From positions 106,580 to 170,579 of the forward strand of contig CAIUQE010000037.1 in assembly GCA_903901225.1 (NCBI GenBank): a stretch of 64,000 nucleotides of DNA, read 5' to 3'. The position numbers and the translations under genes were made by a program. The notes beneath the pieces are model-generated. The model ran no database searches and was not told where the DNA came from. It saw nothing but the letters and a program-made list of their open reading frames with translations. The stretch is from Candidatus Omnitrophota bacterium. GTDB lineage: Bacteria > Omnitrophota > Gorgyraeia > Zapsychrales > Fredricksoniimonadaceae. Position 1 is the stretch's first letter; each line of letters starts with the position of its first letter. Below, piece after piece: positions 59,003 through 64,000 of the stretch.

Positions 59003-60153
59003 CGGGCGGATTCTTTGATCAGGCCCAGGCCAATGATATTGCGCTGGATCTGATTCGTCCCTTCATAAATTTGGGTGATCTTCGCGTCACGCATGAATTT
59101 CTCGACGGGATACTCTTTCATATAACCGTAACCGCCGAATATCTGGACCGCGTCCGTCGTGACCTTCATCGCTATATCGGAAGCAAACAGCTTGGCCATG
59201 GCGGAATGCACGCCGACATGCTTTTTCCCGGCGTCGACTTCCCTGGCCGAGGCATAAACCAGGGCGCGGGAGGCTTCCACTTCCGTGGCCATGTCGGCCA
59301 GCATCCACTGGATGCCCTGGAACGTCGAAATAGACTTGTCGAACTGCTTTCTCTGCTTGGAATACTTGACCGCCTCATCGAGCGCCCCCTGGGCAATGCC
59401 CACGGCCTGCGCGCCGATACCGGGACGGGACATATCGAATGTCTTCATGGCCGCGATAAAGCCCATCCCCTCTTTGCCAAGGAGATTTTCTTTCGGGACC
59501 TTGCAATTGTCAAAAATAAGTTCGCGTGTTGAGGACGCGCGGATACCCAGTTTGTCTTCTTTCTTGCCGAAGCTGAAACCAGGCGTGCCTTTTTCAACGA
59601 CAAAAAGGCTGGCACCCCTCGGGCCCTTGGTCTTGTCGGTCATGGCAATGATCGTATAGATCTCCGCGTCACCGCCGTTGGTGATGAAATGCTTGACCCC
59701 GTTAAGGACATAATGGTCGCCCTGCTTGACAGCCGTGGTCTGAAGCGCGCTGGCGTCCGACCCCGCGGCAGGTTCCGTCAGGCCGAACGCGGCCAGTTTT
59801 TCACCTTTGGCGATCGCGGGAAGATATTTCTGTTTCTGCTCCTCGGTACCGAAAAGGATGATCGGATATGCCCCCAGCGCTGACGCCGAATAACAAATGG
59901 CGATACCCGCGCAACCCTTGGAAAACTCTTCGGTCGCGAGGCAAAGCTCAAATACACCGCCGCCCAAGCCACCGTACTTTTGTTCGATATAAACACCGAA
60001 CAGGTCCGACTGGGCCATGACCTTCATGATCTCCCACGGGAATTTCTCGCTTTTATCATGTTCCGCCGCCACAGGGCGGATCTTTTCGTCGGTTATCTGG
60101 CGGGCCAGATCGCGGATCATCTGCTGTTCTTCGGTAAGTAAATAATCTATCAT
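58999..60153 (-). CDS. Acyl-CoA dehydrogenase (short-chain/butyryl-CoA type)
   Basis: ACAD motifs (GSDAS, catalytic Glu near YEGTNQIQRN); start MIDYLLTEEQ preceded by RBS GGAGGA (supplied ORF begins 11 codons upstream). Confidence 0.9.
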   Translation of the reverse strand: MIDYLLTEEQQMIRDLARQITDEKIRPVAAEHDKSEKFPWEIMKVMAQSDLFGVYIEQKYGGLGGGVFELCLATEEFSKGCAGIAICYSASALGAYPIILFGTEEQKQKYLPAIAKGEKLAAFGLTEPAAGSDASALQTTAVKQGDHYVLNGVKHFITNGGDAEIYTIIAMTDKTKGPRGASLFVVEKGTPGFSFGKKEDKLGIRASSTRELIFDNCKVPKENLLGKEGMGFIAAMKTFDMSRPGIGAQAVGIAQGALDEAVKYSKQRKQFDKSISTFQGIQWMLADMATEVEASRALVYASAREVDAGKKHVGVHSAMAKLFASDIAMKVTTDAVQIFGGYGYMKEYPVEKFMRDAKITQIYEGTNQIQRNIIGLGLIKESAR

Positions 60154-60235
60154 TGATCCTCCACTCGATTGACTATTCCCGGGCAACTAAATTCCACCAA
60201 TAATATCACATGTTCTTGAAATGAAAAATATTTTT

Positions 60236-61843
60236 TTAGGTTTTACTCCGGTGCTTCTCGGTGACCCTGAACTGAAGGTCCCTGCCCAGCATGAGGCGCG
60301 TTTGGGCGTCGAGCGCGGGGACCGAACTGAGCAGCAGCACCACAAAAGGGATCGCCAGCCAGTCAAAGACATGGAGGATCATATGCGAACGGCGCTGACG
60401 GATCGTGCTGGTCGATAAAAGCGCGAAGCTGATGGCAATGCAAATGACAAGGCCTATAAGGGAAAGCCCGAAGATCACATCCTTGATCCTGGGCGCCATG
60501 TAATACATGGTCGTTGAGGAGAACTCACGTCCCGCGAAAAGCATGGGCAGCCACGTGATGACGGTCAAAAGATATGACCACGTCGCCCAGGACACGAACA
60601 AGTCGAAGAGCCTGCTGGCGAACATCCACTTCTTATAAACAGAGATCTTCTTCGACCTCAGGAACGCCCGCAGGACGACCGGCAGATTCTCGACCCCCCA
60701 GGCCCAGCGGCGTTTTTGTTTGTAAATATTGACGAACGTGCTGCCAAAGCTCCTGCCTGAGGCGATATCCATGGACACGGTCGTGTAAATAGGGACAACC
60801 GTGTAATCACCATCGTAATGGATAAAAGATTTCCAGAAGATCGCGGAATCATCCGAGATCATGTCAACCGGCCAGTACCCCACCTCCACAAGGGCCTTGA
60901 AACTCATGCTGTGGCTCGAGAAAGTCACAAGTTTCTCGGTATTGGTGGCCTCGACAAGCTGAAAAAAAGAAGCGCCGATATCGAGGATCCTGGCAAAACT
61001 TGGCACATCCCAGAGGTTATTGTAATAGACCGGTATCGGCTGGTAACTCACGCGCAACCTTGCCGGCGTGATCATAAAGTAGTACGTAAGGCACGCGAGA
61101 TACTCCTTGTGCGCCACCGTATCCGCGTCAAAGCAGGAAACGATCACGTTCTCTTCCGCGATGCCCTTCTCCCGCAGGTACCGCGCCGCGTGTTTTGCCG
61201 CCCATGTGGCATTCGCCCCCTTGACCATCGCTTCGCCGGGGATATCCGCGGGATGCTCAACGACGAGAAAATCAAGGAAGGAAGCCGCGTGGAGCTTTTG
61301 GATCGCCTGGACATCCTGTTTCACGGCGTCCGAAGCCCTGGCCTCAAGCGCGATAACAACCAGGACCCGGCGCGAGGGATAATCCCCGCCCGCCAGGCTT
61401 TGGACCCCGGGTTCAAGGATGTTGCGCCCTTCTCTCACGACGGGCAGGATAACAAGGTGATAAAGCTCTTCCGGGGCCGGAGGCCGATGGTCAGGTGCCG
61501 ATACTGACGCGATCTGCCGGCGCCGGAACGGGTCAAGCGCTTTAAGGGCCTCCGGAGGAAGCCCAACCTTCGCGATAAGCCCCATCCAGTCAGTCCCTTT
61601 TTCAAGATGGAGCCGCATATACGAGATCACAAGAAAAATGTTCATGTAAAGCAGGCGAAAGACCCAGAACAGGACAAAGGCGACCATGATCGCGGACGCC
61701 AGAAGGTGATGCGTGATGGAAAGGACCGTCATCCCGACAATGATCGACCAGGACAAAGCGCCGGGAAGCATTTCGAACATCCGCTCGAGACGCCGCTCTT
61801 TGGGGTCAAGTTGATGGCGCGAATATACGAACTGCACGTTCAA
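60236..61843 (-). CDS. Membrane-embedded processive family-2 glycosyltransferase (cellulose/hyaluronan-synthase-like)
   Basis: 535 aa; D,D,D and QKRRWAWG (QxxRW) motifs, flanking TM helices. Confidence 0.75.
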   Translation of the reverse strand: MNVQFVYSRHQLDPKERRLERMFEMLPGALSWSIIVGMTVLSITHHLLASAIMVAFVLFWVFRLLYMNIFLVISYMRLHLEKGTDWMGLIAKVGLPPEALKALDPFRRRQIASVSAPDHRPPAPEELYHLVILPVVREGRNILEPGVQSLAGGDYPSRRVLVVIALEARASDAVKQDVQAIQKLHAASFLDFLVVEHPADIPGEAMVKGANATWAAKHAARYLREKGIAEENVIVSCFDADTVAHKEYLACLTYYFMITPARLRVSYQPIPVYYNNLWDVPSFARILDIGASFFQLVEATNTEKLVTFSSHSMSFKALVEVGYWPVDMISDDSAIFWKSFIHYDGDYTVVPIYTTVSMDIASGRSFGSTFVNIYKQKRRWAWGVENLPVVLRAFLRSKKISVYKKWMFASRLFDLFVSWATWSYLLTVITWLPMLFAGREFSSTTMYYMAPRIKDVIFGLSLIGLVICIAISFALLSTSTIRQRRSHMILHVFDWLAIPFVVLLLSSVPALDAQTRLMLGRDLQFRVTEKHRSKT

Positions 61844-63258
61844 TCCCCCTCATTAAGGAATTTCTGGACAAGATTCTCCGGCGGGACCAGTTGTATCCTC
61901 TGGAAACGGCCTCCTTCGTCAAGAAAATACACACAGCCCGTGGCGTTGCTGTAAAAAATAGATGTGCCTTTCTTGATGTTCGCGATGAATTCACTGTGTT
62001 CCTCACCCTGGAGCTCGACCTCGATCAGAAGGATTCGGTCATTATCGTTGCAGACAATATGGGACGCGTCCAGCGCCCAGAAACATTGACGGATATCCTG
62101 CCCTGTCCTGAACACCGTCTTCACGCCGGCCCCGCCTTTGCTCCCCTTCTTCTCATCGCCCGCGTCAAATATGGCAACCGTAGACGCCGTCCAGCTCATA
62201 AATGTCCTGCCATGGTCATAAAATTTTACCCCCAGCACTCCCTTGTCAGTGATGGTGTACGGCGGATGATTGGACAGCAGGCTCCCGTTCTCACCCAGGA
62301 GAAAGACCCTGTTTTCTTCAGGCGCGAGAATACGATAAAAAACTTTTCTTGAAAGGACCCGCGGGTCAAAACGTTCCGGCAGGAGAAAAGGCTCGGCCCT
62401 GGCCTTGTCGCGGGCATACTTGATGAAACGGTCATCTCCGGTCATCAGGTAAACACGGTTATTCTGGAAGCCGCAGCCTTTAACGTCCTCAATGTCCCTG
62501 GGATAAATGGCGGCCATCGCGGTGTTGATCCGGTCGATGGCATCCGGATAGATCGCGAATATCTGGTCAGGCTCAAGCGGGTCCCATTCAATGAGCAGAG
62601 GGTCGCGGGCCAGCAACTTCGTGATATCCGTGATCACTGGCACATCCGCTTTCACATTGACCAACAGATATTTTCTTTCCCATAGCCCCCCGCCGTAAAC
62701 GATGAACGACTTGCTTTCATCCTCGTGGTAGATCGATATGACGGAAAAAGACCGCCACAAAGAACCCGCCCCGACCAGCGGCAAGGCCTTGTCCTCCTTG
62801 ATATTGTACAACTGGAAATTATCGAGCTCTGAAGATCCGGCGACAAGGAGAAGGTCGGTCCCCGGCAGCGGGTAGATCTGTTTATACCCCCCCTCAAGAA
62901 CGGTCTTCGACGACAAATTTCCGGGAAGCAGCAGGACTTTGTCAAACGCCGTCGCCTTGCCGGGCTTGACGGAAACTTTTTGCGACCATGTCCTGTATCC
63001 GGGAAGATCAATGGTGACCCTGTAATCACCCGGATAAAGTTTCTCCAACGTCGCGGGGGTCTTCTGGATAAAACGGCTGCGTTCCAGGTACACTGCCGCG
63101 CCGGGCGGGATAGATGCCAGGTGGATCAATCCCGTGCGCGCCACTTCCCGCGTCAAAGGGTCAAAGATATACCCTGACGCATAGAGCAACAGCCCCGGGC
63201 AAAGGACCAGGTACATCAGTAAAAACGTATAGAAAACGACCCTGCGGAGTATCAGCAT
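61840..63258 (-). CDS. Membrane-anchored protein with PEGA-like domain, probable partner of the GT2 synthase
   Basis: 472 aa; N-terminal TM, PEGA-like beta motif PGDYRVTIDLPGYRTWSQKVSVKPGKAT; 4-nt overlap with GT2 gene. Confidence 0.45.
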   Translation of the reverse strand: MLILRRVVFYTFLLMYLVLCPGLLLYASGYIFDPLTREVARTGLIHLASIPPGAAVYLERSRFIQKTPATLEKLYPGDYRVTIDLPGYRTWSQKVSVKPGKATAFDKVLLLPGNLSSKTVLEGGYKQIYPLPGTDLLLVAGSSELDNFQLYNIKEDKALPLVGAGSLWRSFSVISIYHEDESKSFIVYGGGLWERKYLLVNVKADVPVITDITKLLARDPLLIEWDPLEPDQIFAIYPDAIDRINTAMAAIYPRDIEDVKGCGFQNNRVYLMTGDDRFIKYARDKARAEPFLLPERFDPRVLSRKVFYRILAPEENRVFLLGENGSLLSNHPPYTITDKGVLGVKFYDHGRTFMSWTASTVAIFDAGDEKKGSKGGAGVKTVFRTGQDIRQCFWALDASHIVCNDNDRILLIEVELQGEEHSEFIANIKKGTSIFYSNATGCVYFLDEGGRFQRIQLVPPENLVQKFLNEGD

Positions 63259-63572
63259 TGTTTGATCAATTTTTCTTTTGCCTTGCGCGTGAGCGTCTTG
63301 ATGCGCGCCTCTTCCCTGATAGCGAACTTATAATACCGGTAAGGCCTGGAATAGACAAGCGAAGCGGGCCTCCGCGCCCGGACATATTTTGAACCACGCC
63401 CGGCATTGTGAAGCTTGAGGCGCGCTTTCAGGTCTTTGGTATAGCCGGTATAGAACGTCCCGTCAGCACAGCAAAGGATATAAACGACAAATCCCGCCCG
63501 ACGGACGATCTTTTTCCTGCGCCGGACGGCCGCCTTGGAACGTACCTTAACGCGCCGCGACCTTGACGACAT
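63252..63572 (-). CDS. GIY-YIG nuclease-family small protein (UPF0213-like)
   Basis: GIY-YIG core FVVYILCCADGTFYTGYTKDLKARLKLHNAG ... KYVR; start codon uncertain (M16/M18 of the supplied ORF overlap the upstream gene end). Confidence 0.62.
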   Translation of the reverse strand: MSSRSRRVKVRSKAAVRRRKKIVRRAGFVVYILCCADGTFYTGYTKDLKARLKLHNAGRGSKYVRARRPASLVYSRPYRYYKFAIREEARIKTLTRKAKEKLIKQC

Positions 63573-63990
63573 ACGCATCACCGACCACGTTGAGCTGCTG
63601 GGCAAAAAATCCGTTGCGCTCACAGATGCCCTTGAGTTGTTTCCAGGAATCTTTCTTCAGGATACCGAATGTTTCAGGCTGGCTTTTCAGGAGCTCCAGC
63701 ACCTTGGCCTCCGTGTTCAGGTCCGGGACCGGATGGGGGCTGAAAAAATTCGAGCTGTTGACATTCATCAGCACCACATCTTTTCCCGTATAAAAAAGCA
63801 CCGCCCTGGCAAAGAATTTGGAAGAAAGCACCTTGCCGTTGACCGTCCGTCCGTTCATCAACCAGGCGGCAGCCTCCTTGGTTGAGACATACGGTTCGAT
63901 ATTCTGATGGACCGCGAACAACAGGAAAATAAGCAGCGGCATCTGCAGGCTGAATATTCCCGTCGCCAGACGGGCATTCTTGCGCAGCAC
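63547..63990 (-). CDS. Membrane-anchored hypothetical protein
   Basis: 147 aa with one N-terminal TM (MPLLIFLLFAV); starts 10 nt from the window end, so 5' boundary uncertain. Confidence 0.35.
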   Translation of the reverse strand: MLRKNARLATGIFSLQMPLLIFLLFAVHQNIEPYVSTKEAAAWLMNGRTVNGKVLSSKFFARAVLFYTGKDVVLMNVNSSNFFSPHPVPDLNTEAKVLELLKSQPETFGILKKDSWKQLKGICERNGFFAQQLNVVGDAYVVKVAAR

Positions 63991-64000
63991 AAAGATACCC

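Noticed and set aside
1-64000. CRISPR arrays, rRNA and tRNA genes
   Set aside because: I scanned all intergenic spacers >40 nt (e.g. 19158-19297, 24325-24409, 46106-46180, 50121-50388, 52641-52938, 53935-54137, 56794-56979). No regularly spaced repeats, cloverleaf-compatible segments or rRNA-like conserved blocks were seen.

Overview
This 64 kb window comes from a GC-rich (~58-60%) bacterial chromosome, with almost all genes on the minus strand. By sequence alone it looks like an uncultivated lineage whose lysine pathway uses the LL-diaminopimelate aminotransferase route (DapL) and which has a ferredoxin-fused EtfA.

The backbone is mostly housekeeping biosynthesis:
- uvrA, followed by nadX-panC-folK.
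- A 12-gene amino-acid supra-operon: argC-argJ-argB-argD-argF-argG-argH joined without a break to lysA-dapF-dapA-dapB-dapL.
- rplM-rpsI, truA, asd, a leuB-family dehydrogenase, and fabG-acpP-fabF.
- folE-folB-fxsA, then ispG/ispH/murB.
- A complete Rrf2-sufBCDS-sufU Fe-S cluster with nfu and lhgO.
- nadA-metX-metW and miaB.
- tag, Bcd-EtfBA, and a GT2 synthase locus.

Three accessory features stand out:
1. A 1.27 kb HEPN/MNT (HepT/MntA-like, wHTH-fused) toxin-antitoxin cassette sits at the 3' end of the PHP-type histidinol phosphatase gene. It is bracketed by a ~240 bp, ~95%-identical direct repeat that duplicates the gene's 3' end. A vapBC pair, an S4 protein and a cupin lie just downstream, making this a TA hotspot.
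2. A ~6.6 kb AT-richer island (about 47.5-54.1 kb) lies between miaB and tag. It encodes a lipoprotein, a signal-peptide-less SLT lytic transglycosylase, a DUF4143 AAA+ ATPase, a secreted alpha/alpha-barrel protein, a DinD-like Bro-N protein and a RhuM/Doc-Fic protein. It has no integrase but is punctuated by a family of ~80 nt direct repeats placed just upstream of each gene, with a partial copy right after the fic stop.
3. Next to uvrA is a lysine-rich 82 aa protein built from a perfect 117 nt (39 aa) tandem duplication of a small beta-rich unit, a candidate nucleoid protein.

No rRNA, tRNA or CRISPR arrays were seen. All calls rest on reading the sequence and the supplied translations against known family motifs. 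No database searches were run.
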